Origin: SAR202 cluster bacterium
GTDB lineage: Bacteria > Chloroflexota > Dehalococcoidia > Lucifugimonadales > UBA3495
Assembly (NCBI GenBank): GCA_016872385.1
Contig: VGZV01000001.1
Span: 22,114 to 86,113 of the forward strand
Direction: 5' to 3'
DNA length: 64,000 nt
Part shown: piece after piece, positions 45,388 to 55,314 of the stretch
Numbering within the stretch: the first letter of the stretch is position 1
Layout: each line of letters opens with the position of its first letter
The notes under the pieces: generated by a model
Seen by the model: the letters and a program-made list of their open reading frames with translations, nothing else
Databases searched by the model: none
Told to the model about the DNA's origin: nothing
Translations under genes and position numbers: made by a program

Positions 45388-48300
45388 GTGGGCATAACCC
45401 AGTTTGCCATCAAACGTCCTGTAACCATCGCCATGTTCATTTTGGGCATGGTGCTCATTGGCATCATGGCCTATGACCGGCTCCAGGTTAGCCGCCTCCC
45501 AAATATCACATTTCCGGTAGTCACCATCCAGGTAGGGTATCCGGGGGCTTCTGCCCGGGATGCCGAGCAACTGGTGGCCCGGCCCATTGAACAGGCGGTC
45601 AACGGCCTGGCGGGCTTGCAGGACATAACTTCCACATCTACGGAAGGCCGGGCCACTATAAGGCTAACCCTGGCCGACAACGCTGACCTGAACCAGGCGG
45701 TGGGTGAGGTGGACCGCATCATGTCCTCCATCCGCAGCCGCCTGCCTGATGACATTGACCCCCCCAACGTCATCCGCGCCGATATTAACGCCCAGCCCAT
45801 TATGAACATCTCCCTTTCGGGAGACGTTTCCCTGGGCCAGCTATACACCCTGGCTACCGAGCGCATTGCGCCAAGGCTCCAGTCAGTGGAGGGTGTGGCC
45901 CAGGTCAACGTGTCTGGCGGGCTGCGTCCAGAAGTCCAGGTACTGGTAGATCCCACCAAACTGCAAGCCTATGGCCTGACCCTGCAGCAAGTGCAGACCG
46001 CCTTGTCCCAGAGCAACCTCAACAGTCCCGGCGGCACTGTGTACCAGGGAGTAACCCAGTTTGATGTGCGCACCTCCGCTTCCCTGGACAGTGTGGACCA
46101 GTTTAGGGACATAGTGGTGAGTTCTGGGCCTGCTGGCAGCGTTTACTTGCGGGACGTGGCGCGGGTGGAGGACACGTTTGCGCCCCAACGGACAATGCAG
46201 CGGTTCAACGGCCAGCCCAGTGTAGGGTTGTCCATTGTCCAGCAGAGCGGGGCTAACGCGGTGCAGACCGTGGAACTGGTTAGGGAGGAGTTGGAACGCC
46301 TGGAACCTACCTTGCCCGCCAGCGCGGAGTTCCACGTGACCAACGACGCCAGCCGGTTCACCAAGGCTTCCATTCATGCGGTGCAGACTGACTTGCTGAT
46401 TGCGGTGGTGCTGTGCGGGCTGGTGCTGCTGGTCTTTTTACACGCCTGGCGCAACACCGTCATTGTATTGCTGGCCATACCTACGTCCCTCATTTCTACT
46501 TTCCTGGTCATGTATCTGCTCCACTTCAGCCTCAACACCATCTCCTTGATGGCCCTGGCTTTACTGGTGGGCATTCTGGTGGATGACTCCATTGTGGTGT
46601 TGGAAAACATCCACCGCCACCGTCAGCTGGGGGAAGAGCCTTTGCTGGCCGCAGTGAAGGGCCGGAACGAAATAGGTGCCGCCGCCATTGCCATCACTCT
46701 CACCGATGTGGTGGTGTTCCTGCCCATCGCATTTATTTCCGGATCCCTGGGCCAGCTCCTGCGGGAATTTGGCCTGACGGTGGTGGCGGCAACCCTTTTC
46801 TCCCTGTTCATTTCCTTCACCCTGACCCCCATGCTGGCGGCCCACTGGCTAAAACCGGAGAAGTTCAACCTCCGCCGCCGGGATGCTGCCGCAAGGCAAT
46901 ACCTTGACCTGGGCAGGTTTGGCGAGGCGTGGGATGCGAGCCTGGACCGGCTGGCCAGGCACTATCAGGAGGTGTTGCGCTGGGCGCTGGGCCATCCCCT
47001 GGTGGTCCTGCTGGCGGGAGGCGCTGCGCTGGGCACAGCCATTGCTTTTATTCCCCTGCATATCCTGGGCACCGAGTACACGCCGGTGGAGGATGATAAC
47101 CAGTTCAACGTTCAAGTGCAGATGCCGCCCGGCACTTCATTGCAAGGCACCAGCGAGGCTATGACCAGGCTGGAAGCCAAGCTGATGGAACTGCCGGAAG
47201 TCCGGGGGGTGTTTGCCACGGTGGGCAGCAGCGGTCAGCGGGCCGATTCTGGCAGCATTAGCGTGCAGTTGGTGGATAAAGGGCAGCGGCAGCGCACCGC
47301 CACTGAGGTGCTCCAGGACGCCCGGCGCATTGGCCGCACCATTCCCGGAGCTTCGGTCAGCGGCAACGTCCCCAGCAGTTTGGGCGGCGGCGGTTCGCCC
47401 ATCAGCATCCGCATCCTGGGCAGCGACTTTGACACCCTCAAGGAGGTGGCAGCCCAGGTGAGCGCCGTGGTGCGGGATACCCCCGGCGCCACCGATGTAC
47501 GCTTCTCCGACCCGGCGGGTCTGCCGGAGGTGGATGCAGTGGTGGACTGGACGCGCATGGCGCCCCTGGGCATATCGGCATCCAGCGTGTCCGGGACCTT
47601 GCGCACTGCCGTCACCGGCAGCGTAGCAGGCCAGTTTGACCGTCCCGACGGCACCCAGAGCGACGTGCGGATGAAGATTGAGGGCGCCGACCATATGACC
47701 GTCGCTCACCTTGGCGCGCTGCCTATTTACTCTCCGGTTGCGGGAAGTTCGGTGCGCCTGGACCAGGTGGCCCGCCTGGAGCAGGTCTTGGGCCCCAGCC
47801 AGATTAACCGGGCCAGCCAGCAGCGCAGCCTTACCTTAAGCGCCAATGTCAGCGGGCGTTCTCTGGGCGAAGTGGCCCGGGATTTGGAGACCCAACTCCA
47901 GCAGATTCAACTGCCCCCTGGTTACCGGGTAGTGTTCACCGGCCAGGTGGACCGGCTCAACCAGACCTTCACATCCCTGCAGCAGACATTGATGCTATCG
48001 GCCCTGATGATTTACATGCTGCTGGCCGCCCTGTACGAAAGCCTGCTGCGCCCGCTGGCCATAATGTTTTCCATCCCCCTGGCCCTGGTGGGGGCCTTCA
48101 CCGGCCTGCTGGTCAGCGGCAATACCATCAACCTGTTCTCCATGATCGGCATGATATTGCTGATGGCCCTGGTTGCCAAGAACGGCATCTTGCTGATTGA
48201 CTACGCAGATACGCTGCACAAGCGCGGTGTGGCCCGCCGGGAGGCCATTCTGGAAGCCGGGGCCACCCGGCTGCGGCCTATATTGATGACTTCCTTCACC

Positions 48301-48543
48301 ATCGTGTTTGCCATGATTCCCCTAGCTCTGAAGCTGGGGCCGGGGGCTGAGTCCCGCTCACCCATTGCAGTGGTGTTGATGGGGGGAGTCATCAGTTCCA
48401 TGCTGCTGACCCTGGTGGTGGTGCCAGTGGCCTACGATCTGCTGGAAGAGGCTTTGGCGTGGGGGAAAAGAGCGCCTGCGTTGATGCGGGGGGCAGGCGC
48501 GCCAGCCCCGCGGTTGCCGCCCAGGTGCATGGCGGCGGCTTGA
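45388..48543 (+). CDS. Efflux RND transporter permease (AcrB/HAE1-type)
   Basis: 1051 aa. FAIKRPVTIAMFILGMVLIG N-terminus and a 12-TM duplicated architecture. Confidence 0.92.
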   Translation: MGITQFAIKRPVTIAMFILGMVLIGIMAYDRLQVSRLPNITFPVVTIQVGYPGASARDAEQLVARPIEQAVNGLAGLQDITSTSTEGRATIRLTLADNADLNQAVGEVDRIMSSIRSRLPDDIDPPNVIRADINAQPIMNISLSGDVSLGQLYTLATERIAPRLQSVEGVAQVNVSGGLRPEVQVLVDPTKLQAYGLTLQQVQTALSQSNLNSPGGTVYQGVTQFDVRTSASLDSVDQFRDIVVSSGPAGSVYLRDVARVEDTFAPQRTMQRFNGQPSVGLSIVQQSGANAVQTVELVREELERLEPTLPASAEFHVTNDASRFTKASIHAVQTDLLIAVVLCGLVLLVFLHAWRNTVIVLLAIPTSLISTFLVMYLLHFSLNTISLMALALLVGILVDDSIVVLENIHRHRQLGEEPLLAAVKGRNEIGAAAIAITLTDVVVFLPIAFISGSLGQLLREFGLTVVAATLFSLFISFTLTPMLAAHWLKPEKFNLRRRDAAARQYLDLGRFGEAWDASLDRLARHYQEVLRWALGHPLVVLLAGGAALGTAIAFIPLHILGTEYTPVEDDNQFNVQVQMPPGTSLQGTSEAMTRLEAKLMELPEVRGVFATVGSSGQRADSGSISVQLVDKGQRQRTATEVLQDARRIGRTIPGASVSGNVPSSLGGGGSPISIRILGSDFDTLKEVAAQVSAVVRDTPGATDVRFSDPAGLPEVDAVVDWTRMAPLGISASSVSGTLRTAVTGSVAGQFDRPDGTQSDVRMKIEGADHMTVAHLGALPIYSPVAGSSVRLDQVARLEQVLGPSQINRASQQRSLTLSANVSGRSLGEVARDLETQLQQIQLPPGYRVVFTGQVDRLNQTFTSLQQTLMLSALMIYMLLAALYESLLRPLAIMFSIPLALVGAFTGLLVSGNTINLFSMIGMILLMALVAKNGILLIDYADTLHKRGVARREAILEAGATRLRPILMTSFTIVFAMIPLALKLGPGAESRSPIAVVLMGGVISSMLLTLVVVPVAYDLLEEALAWGKRAPALMRGAGAPAPRLPPRCMAAA

Positions 48544-48571
48544 GTACGGCGCCTGGTGACGACGGTGACGA

Positions 48572-49171
48572 TTAGGTCTGCTCCACCAGCCAGCGCAATA
48601 GCGCCTCCACTTCCTCCACAGAGTGTAGCTTGAGGTCAATGACCGCCAGAAAGTCTGGGCGGTTTTCTGCGTTTACTACACCGATGCCCAGAGTTTTGAC
48701 ATCCTCGGTTTCCCGCAGGGACCGCACCGCATAGAACGCGTCCATGTCGGTGATGTCATCGCCAAGATAGATGATGCCACGCAATTGGTGAGCCGCCATC
48801 AATGACCGCAGCACGGTGCCTTTGTTAATTGCCAGGGGCGGCCGCAGTTCCAGAACCCTCCGTCCTTCCGTTATTTTGAGCCCTCCTCGGTCTGCGAGAG
48901 AGACAGGTATCCCTAGACATGATGCAGACCTGCATAATGCAACCAGCCTTTGGGTAAGCTGGCGGAGCGAAAGCTGCCGGTTGGCGGTTTTGGCCGCCGC
49001 TCCACCGGTGATAAAGGCGTCCCCGTTGCGGGGACAGGCACTGGATTGGGGATTCAGTGCCTGGAGTAGCCTGGGATGCCTGCGCCTTCGGGCGGCGCGT
49101 CCAGGAGTTTCTGGACTCGGCCCCCAGCCAGTCGCACCAACTACGACTGGATGACATATCTTTATCCTCAC
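48572..49171 (-). pseudogene. Trehalose-phosphatase-like HAD protein, apparently degenerate (C-terminal third conserved, catalytic DxDGT motif and cap region eroded)
   Basis: The C-terminal VLELRPPLAINKGTVLRSLM...IIYLGDDITDMDAF matches OtsB motifs III/IV. The N-terminal position of DxDGT reads GATGW and the middle region is about 60 aa short. Confidence 0.4.
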
Positions 49172-49478
49172 ATGAGTATAACCTGCATATTATGATATAA
49201 CAGCCCCTGGAATGTGGTGCACTTACGGATGACTCATTGAAAATAGCAATCAATATGTAAAAAGTTAATCCTAATTTGCCGTACACTGGTCGGCGGCTCT
49301 GATGTTGGCATGGGATTAGGTGGCACATGCTGGGCCACTGCCGCGGGTGTGAATGGGAAAAACCCGTGACGGTGCTAGATTTGCCAAGGTGAACCTGCGT
49401 TGCAATTATGTATAATCGCCTAGGAGTATTGTCCACTTTCTTAGAATTTTCCCATTTACTTTTTGGCGGCCAGGGATT

Positions 49479-50958
49479 GTGGTCTCATGCCGCTGCTGCC
49501 GAAGGATTGTCTGCTTAGTGACTGACCGTCCTGATCTTACGCCCACAGAAGGGGACAGCGCCGTCCAGGTACAAGTGGACCACGGTTTATCCAGGCCGTT
49601 GGCCAGGGCAATTACCCTGGACAAGCAAGTGACCGCCCCTCCCAAAACATTGGGAGTTAACGGTGTCGCCCTGGGTTTCGCCCTGTTGATTTTGCTGGGT
49701 ACGGTACTTCTTTCGTTGCCCGTGGCCCTAGCGCCAGGCACTGACTGGGATGTTTTGACTGCTTTTTTTACGGCTACCTCCGCCGTGTGTGGTGGGCTTG
49801 GTGGTGGTGGATACGGGCACGCACTGGAGCACCTTTGGTCAGGTAGTGATTATCACCTTGGTGCAGTTGGGCGGCCTGGGGGTAATGACCGCCTCCATGT
49901 TCATCCTCATTATCTTGCGAAGGCCCATATCATTCCGTGACCGCTTTGAACTAAGGGAGGTTTCTAAGGCCGGCGGGATCCAATCGGTGGCTGGCCTTAT
50001 CTGGGCAACTGTGCTGGTGACCCTGCTTTTTGAAGCAGTGGGCGCGGCGGCTTTGTGGTACCGCATGGACGGTTTGGAGGGGAACCATAGGGCCATCGGG
50101 ATGGGCGTATTTCATGCGGTGTCTGCCTTTAATAATGCCGGCTTCGATTTGATGCCGCCATTCACCAATTTGACAACTTACGCCACTGATCCTTTTTTCT
50201 TGCTGGTAACCGCCCTTCTGGTCTTTTTTGGCGGCATTGGCGCCCTGGTTCTGATGGACATTTTTAGCAAACGCACCTGGAAAGCCTTATCTCAAAATTC
50301 CAGAATTGTGCTAATTGCTTCGGGGATTTTGCTCCTCGTCGGGTTTCTGGGAATTCTCGCCACTGAGTTCACAAACCCCAAGACCTTGTTCCCCCTTAGC
50401 TGGCACGACAAGTTGGTCAACGCCTTTTTTCACTCAGTAACGGCCCGTACCGCAGGATTTGACTCACTGAGTGTGGCGGATTTCAAAGACGAGACCCAAT
50501 TCTTACTTATGCTGTTGATGTATATCGGCGGAGCCACCGGTTCTACCGCCGGCGGTATTAAAGTCACTACTCTGGCAATTTTGGTGCTGGCTTCTCTGGC
50601 TGCAGTCCGCGGGTATGAACACGCTTCGGTTATGGGAGCACGGCTCAGCCACCGCCTGGTTTACCGGGCGATGTCGGTGGCGGTGCTCACGCTGTTTGTT
50701 ATTTTCCTTGCGACTCTGGTGCTCACCGTCTCAGAAGAGTTCTTGTTCCGCCAAGTCCTGTTTGAGGTCGTATCGGCATTTGCCACGGTGGGCCTGACCA
50801 CCGGCATAACCCCGGACTTGAGCCTGGTGGGAAAGCTGACCATCATAGTGGTCATGTACCTGGGCCGGCTGGGACCGTTGACTTTGGCCTATGCCCTGGC
50901 CCAACGCGCCAGGGAGCCCAGCTATCAGCTGCCGGAAAGGGAAATCGGCATTGGTTAG
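49479..50958 (+). CDS. trkH: TrkH/KtrB family potassium uptake protein, interrupted by a 1-nt indel
   Basis: The first frame reads GFALLILLGTVLLSLP...FFTATSAVC. The second frame (track ORF 49789-50958) reads GLVVVDTGTHWSTFGQVVIITLVQLGGLG. They join at GG 49791-49792. The true start is uncertain (GTG 49574 is possible). Confidence 0.8.
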
Positions 50959-50978
50959 TCAGCAGAGGGAGGTGCCTC

Positions 50979-51617
50979 TTGGCAAAAAACGTGGTAATTG
51001 TTGGCTTGGGGCGGTTTGGGTCAGTCCTGTCGAAAGAGCTGACTCAGGCCGGCTATGACATTCTGGGCGTGGACCGGCGTCCCGACCGGGTGCGGGAAAT
51101 GGGCCAGACAATTAGCAAGGCGGTGCAGGGAGAAGCCACCGATCCGGAGCTTTGGCGGGACATTCCTGTGAAGGGCGCGGACGCTGGAGTTGTAGCCTTC
51201 AGTTCCAGCGTGGAAGCCAATGTGCTGGCGGCGCTTCTGATGCGCCGGGCGGGGCTTAAGCACGTGGTGGCCGTTTCCCGCAGCGAACTGCACTCGGAAG
51301 TCTTGCAGGCCATTGGGGTGGACCAGATTGTGGAACCCCAGGTGGAAAGCGCCATGCGGCTGGCGCGAGCCTTTGGCACTAATATCAAGGACTATCTGGA
51401 AGTGACCAAGGGCTTTGGAATAGCCCGGATTCCGGCGGAGACCCACTGGAAGGGCGCTACCGTGCAGAAAGTCCAGCAGGATGAGGATGTGACGGTGCTG
51501 GCGCTGGTGCGGGGCCACCGGGTTTTGCTGGTGCCTTCGGAGAACGACAAGCTGAGTGAGGGGGATGTGCTAGTGCTGGCAGGCAAGGATGGAGACTTGC
51601 GGAAGCTGCCGAGTTAA
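50979..51617 (+). CDS. trkA: TrkA/KtrA family potassium uptake regulatory protein (RCK N and C domains)
   Basis: VVIVGLGRFG Rossmann motif, 212 aa. TTG start with a GAGGGAGG SD. Confidence 0.85.
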   Translation: MAKNVVIVGLGRFGSVLSKELTQAGYDILGVDRRPDRVREMGQTISKAVQGEATDPELWRDIPVKGADAGVVAFSSSVEANVLAALLMRRAGLKHVVAVSRSELHSEVLQAIGVDQIVEPQVESAMRLARAFGTNIKDYLEVTKGFGIARIPAETHWKGATVQKVQQDEDVTVLALVRGHRVLLVPSENDKLSEGDVLVLAGKDGDLRKLPS

Positions 51618-51675
51618 GTGGCATGGACTGGGCGCGTGGAAGACGTGCGTGGTTTACTGACATGAGGCGACGCCA

Positions 51676-52723
51676 GTGACTAACCCGATGCTTGGCCTTG
51701 CTTTACTGATATTGCTGGCAAAAGTCCTTGAGGAAGTTGCCGCCCGTCTGCGCCAGCCGCCGCTGCTGGGCGACGTGGTGGCTGGACTCCCCATGGGACC
51801 GCTGGGATTTTCCGCGGTGCACCCCAGCGATGAGCTGGAGCTGTTCATAACTATCGGTATTTTCTTCCTGGTTGGTCTGGAAGAAATTGATGTAGCTGGG
51901 TTCTTGGCAAACTTGCGCACGCGGCTGTTTGTGGCCTCGGTGGCGGCGTTTGCCGCTCCCTTCGCACTGGTTATGGTGGTCTGCCGGTACTTTGGGCTGG
52001 GTTAGACGCCGGCCATAGCCATCAGTTCCGTGGCGGCCATTTCCAGCTTGAGCGTACTGGCCAAGGTGCTGGGGGATATGGGGCGGCTTCGGGACCACAC
52101 CGGCTCCAGCTCTTTAGCATCACCGTCATTGTGGAGCTTTTGGGGCTGCTGATTGTCAGCGTGCTGACTTTCACCGCCGCGGGGGCCAGGAATTTGAGGC
52201 CCTGGAGCTTCTGTGGTTTGCGCTGGGAGTTGTAGGCTTTATGGTGGGCGGCTGGGTGCTGGGGCATTGGCTGGCGCCCCGGTTGCTGCGCCTGGCGTTG
52301 CGCTATACCAGCGCCCGGGAAATTCCCTTTGGCGTCCTGATGGGCATCCTGTTGCTCTTTGTATATTTCGGAGAGCTTAGCGGGGTCCACGGCACTATAG
52401 GCGCATTGTTGTTGGGCGTAGCAATGTCCAGGAGCGCCCACGAGTTCCACGCGGATGTGGTGAAGGGGTTCCGCAGCATTGTCTACGGGGTCTTTGTGAC
52501 CATATTCTTCGCTGGCGCCTGGTTGCGCCTGGACCTCTCCTTTTTGCAGCTTTCTGGACTGGTGGTGGCCGGGCTCATTGGCGCAACCATCATCATCACA
52601 AATATATGCCCTGCCACCCCAAGTATAGCAGTATTTAACGATGTTACTCACCGAATATTGTCATATATTCACTTATTGGGACTATTTACTGAGAAGTGGA
52701 GTTATATTTGTCGTGCTTGTTGA
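51676..52723 (+). pseudogene. Cation:proton antiporter (CPA2/Kef-type) pseudogene: in-frame TAG, two frameshifts, truncated and replaced 3' end
   Basis: LLILLAKVLEEVAARLRQPPLLGDVVAG...TAG at 52003-52005...ISSLSVLAKVLGDMGRLRD. Frame change near 52103-52107, then LQLFSITVIVELLGLLIVS. Frame change at the G5 run 52181-52185, then EFEALELLWFALGVVGFMVGGW. After about 52600 the sequence becomes AT-rich and non-homologous. Confidence 0.8.
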
Positions 52724-52829
52724 CCAGGAGATCTTACTGTGGAGCGGGGTGTCAACCTGACGGGGTGAGCAGAAGGGCGAGGGCAGCAACCTGTCCGAGT
52801 GGCGACGTGGCTTCAGTGGTCCCCTGGTG

Positions 52830-53741
52830 TTAGCCCCTTCTGGAAGGCGGAATGTCTACTCCCAGCAGGGCGCGCCGCGCCACCGCCCAGGCGCCGCGCA
52901 ATACTCCTTGCGCCGATGCCGTGTCCGGAGCCAGCGTCTTTACCGCCATGCCCTGCCCGCCGGGCAGAAGACTGGCCCCGGCCGCAGCGTTGGGGCATCC
53001 GCCAACTGCGGCGCGGACCTGATGCAGCAGAAGCTCCGCATCCCCCGCCTGCGACACGACAATGAGGGTCCCCACGGCGTATCCGTGGCCCTGGGTTTGA
53101 ATACCCAGCACGCCCCTGCCCAGGGGAGAGCGGGCTGCTGGCGAAAGGTCATAGCTTTCCCAGTACAGGATATGCCCTGCCGAGTCCTGCACCTCCAGCC
53201 GGTTTTGCAGCCGGGAATAGGCCAGGTTTTCCCCGCGGGCGGTCCGCCCCTGGGCCAGCGCCTCGCCGTAGATCAACGTGGCGCCTGGGGCTACTCTTAT
53301 GTGTGTCTGCTGGCTTAGGCGGGCGCTCTGGAAGGGTATGAGCGGCTCTGGCATGTACTCTAGACAACTGTCCTGGCCAAGGGTTAGACAGGTGTCCAGG
53401 CGTGCGCTTCCTTCCGGCATGGAATAGACTTTGGTGGCCGCCTGGGTAGTCAGGTGCGCCCTGGCCCCAGGGCCAACCTCTGCCTGCACTGTTAAGTGGT
53501 CGCCTGCCAGCAGCCCGGCCGTAGGGTTGCACAAGTAAATAAAAGCCATGTCCGGCAGGTTGTGGTCCAGGTACAGCGCCCGCTGTACCTGCAGAGGTGG
53601 GACGGTGCGCTTCCCCACCAGGCGGGTGCGGCCTTCCCGCACCGCCAGGGCCAGGTCCGCCAGTCCCTCCTGCGCCCTGGTTACGTAGGGGCAGACCTGG
53701 GTGTCTGCCCTGGGAGTCGGTTCAGCAGCGGGCCGCAACAA
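52830..53741 (-). CDS. ureD: Urease accessory protein UreD/UreH
   Basis: [23 protein letters not shown]...[14 protein letters not shown]...YMPEPLIPF. The start is uncertain. The nearest upstream canonical start in frame is TTG 53741 (the track ORF extends to 53828 and overlaps ureG). Confidence 0.8.
   Translation of the reverse strand: MLRPAAEPTPRADTQVCPYVTRAQEGLADLALAVREGRTRLVGKRTVPPLQVQRALYLDHNLPDMAFIYLCNPTAGLLAGDHLTVQAEVGPGARAHLTTQAATKVYSMPEGSARLDTCLTLGQDSCLEYMPEPLIPFQSARLSQQTHIRVAPGATLIYGEALAQGRTARGENLAYSRLQNRLEVQDSAGHILYWESYDLSPAARSPLGRGVLGIQTQGHGYAVGTLIVVSQAGDAELLLHQVRAAVGGCPNAAAGASLLPGGQGMAVKTLAPDTASAQGVLRGAWAVARRALLGVDIPPSRRG
53685..53712. repeat. G-type GC-rich hairpin between ureG and conserved ureD sequence
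   Basis: GTAGGGGCAGACC-TGGGT-GTCTGCCCTG. Related to 26262-26287. Confidence 0.6.
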
Positions 53742-54351
53742 CCCCGACTCCCCTGAGAATATGCGCCACCACTTCCTCCAGGCCCTGGCCGGTGCGGCAG
53801 TTGGTGAACAAGAAAGGCTTGCCGGCACGGACGCGGGCGGCGTCCCGCTCCATCACCGCCAGGTCAGCGCCCACGTGGGGGGCCAGATCAATTTTGTTAA
53901 TCACCAGCAGGTCGGTCTGGGTGATGCCCTGGCCGCGCTTGCGGGGGATCTTGTCGCCCGCAGCCACGTCAATGACATAAAGCTGGTAGTCGGCTAGTGC
54001 TGGACTAAAGGTCAGGGTCAGGTTGTCGCCGCCGCTTTCGATGAGCATCAGGTCCGAATCCGGATATGCCGCCGCCAGCTCCTCCGCCGCCAGCAGGTTC
54101 ATGCTGGGGTCTTCCCGCACCGCGGTGTGGGGACATGCGCCGGTCTCCACGCCGCGGATGCGGCCCAGGTCCAGCACCCCCGCCAGGGTGCGCCGCACGT
54201 GGTCGGCGTCCTCGCGGGTGAAGATGTCGTTGGTGATGACCAGGGGTTTCAGCCCGCGGGCCAGCAGGCGGGGCGCCAGGGCCTCCAGCAACGTGGTCTT
54301 GCCGGAACCCACCGGGCCGCCAATACCGACGCGGGGAATTTGTGGGGGCAT
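53722..54351 (-). CDS. ureG: Urease accessory GTPase UreG
   Basis: [16 protein letters not shown]-loop, ESGGDNL and NKIDL motifs. Confidence 0.95.
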   Translation of the reverse strand: MPPQIPRVGIGGPVGSGKTTLLEALAPRLLARGLKPLVITNDIFTREDADHVRRTLAGVLDLGRIRGVETGACPHTAVREDPSMNLLAAEELAAAYPDSDLMLIESGGDNLTLTFSPALADYQLYVIDVAAGDKIPRKRGQGITQTDLLVINKIDLAPHVGADLAVMERDAARVRAGKPFLFTNCRTGQGLEEVVAHILRGVGVVAARC

Positions 54352-54375
54352 GGCTTTTCTCCTTGGGGGGAAGGA

Positions 54376-54459
54376 TTAACCGCAGGGAGCGCGGGGAGAG
54401 CAGAGGATTTTTGGTTACTCTTAAAAACTCAGCGTTCTCTGCGGTCTCCGCGGTGAATT
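54376..54459. repeat. E-type repeat in the ureF-ureG spacer
   Basis: TAACCGCAGGGAGCGCGGGGAGAGCAGAGG...CTCAGCGTTCTCTGCGGTCTCCGCGGTGAATT. Confidence 0.75.
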
Positions 54460-54460
54460 G

Positions 54461-55309
54461 TTAGCTGGCAAATATCCGCAAGTCGCTGCTCTCATGGTTC
54501 ATGGCCGCAATGTCCAGCTCCGGAGTGAAGGAGGTCATCTCCCGCCAGTCTCGCTGGGCAATTTCCTGGGCCAGCTCCAGGGCCAGGGATTGCAGGCGGC
54601 GCAGAATTTCCTGGGCCTGGCGGTGGGTCATGGGCAGCAGGCGCAGCCCGGCGCTGAGCACGCCCACGCAATAGCTGTGGCAAAAAGCCAACAGCGCCCA
54701 CTGCTCCGGTATTTCCAGGCAATGAGACACTACCCCCAGGGCCACTGCGCCGGCGCCTGGCGATTCCCTGCGTTCCACCGCGGCCAGGAAGCTGCGGTGC
54801 ATGGGGTGGCTGGTAAAGGCGGCGGTCTCCTGGAGCAGCCTGCGGCCGTGCTGGCAAGAGGCGGCCCGCAGCTCCGAGGGCAATTTCAAGGCGTGCAGGC
54901 GCTGGTCAATGGCGACTACCGTTGCCAGGTCGTTATGGACGGCGGCGCGATAGGCATGGAGCAGGGCCACGCCGTCGGCGGGCAGCACCGACCAGGCAAG
55001 CTGGTGGGCCAGTAATTCCTCCACGTCGGCGGCGGCGCGCACCCAGTCCTGGCGCACCATGCCCTCCATCCCCTGGGAGTGGGCGTACATCCCCGTGGGG
55101 AAGAAGGAGTCGGATAGCTGGAGGGCGGTGAGGAAGGCCCGGCTGTGGTGGCGGAAATCCCCCCCACCCCCCTTTGCAAAGGGGGGCTTAGTTAACCCCC
55201 CTTCAGTAAGAAGGCGACTGGCTAACCATCCTTCATCAATGGAAGACCCCTCTAACCCCCCTTTTCTAAAGGGGGGTACGGGGGGATTTAGGGCCTCGCC
55301 GCTTCTCAT
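54461..55309 (-). CDS. ureF: Urease accessory protein UreF with a ~55-aa N-terminal extension encoded by two D-type repeats
   Basis: The conserved UreF body starts at FLTALQLSDSFFPTGMYAHSQGME. The only canonical in-frame start upstream of it is ATG 55309, 6 nt after the ureC stop, so the repeat copies at 55153-55293 are read as PPFRKGG...PPFAKGGGG. Confidence 0.8.
   Translation of the reverse strand: MRSGEALNPPVPPFRKGGLEGSSIDEGWLASRLLTEGGLTKPPFAKGGGGDFRHHSRAFLTALQLSDSFFPTGMYAHSQGMEGMVRQDWVRAAADVEELLAHQLAWSVLPADGVALLHAYRAAVHNDLATVVAIDQRLHALKLPSELRAASCQHGRRLLQETAAFTSHPMHRSFLAAVERRESPGAGAVALGVVSHCLEIPEQWALLAFCHSYCVGVLSAGLRLLPMTHRQAQEILRRLQSLALELAQEIAQRDWREMTSFTPELDIAAMNHESSDLRIFAS
55153..55293. 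repeat. Two D-type repeats (CCCCCC-TTT-nn-AAA-GGGGGG palindromes flanked by GGGGGGATTT) inside the ureF 5' region
   Basis: Copies at 55153-55200 and 55251-55293. Related copies at 57056-57093 and 57280-57320. Confidence 0.8.
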
Positions 55310-55314
55310 CGCAT

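Noticed and set aside
49417-49573. A c-di-AMP (ydaO-type) or other riboswitch in the leader upstream of trkH/trkA.
   Set aside because: The location is suggestive because K+ transporters are common c-di-AMP riboswitch targets. However, I could not recognise the conserved pseudo-symmetric core by eye. This needs a covariance-model scan before any claim.
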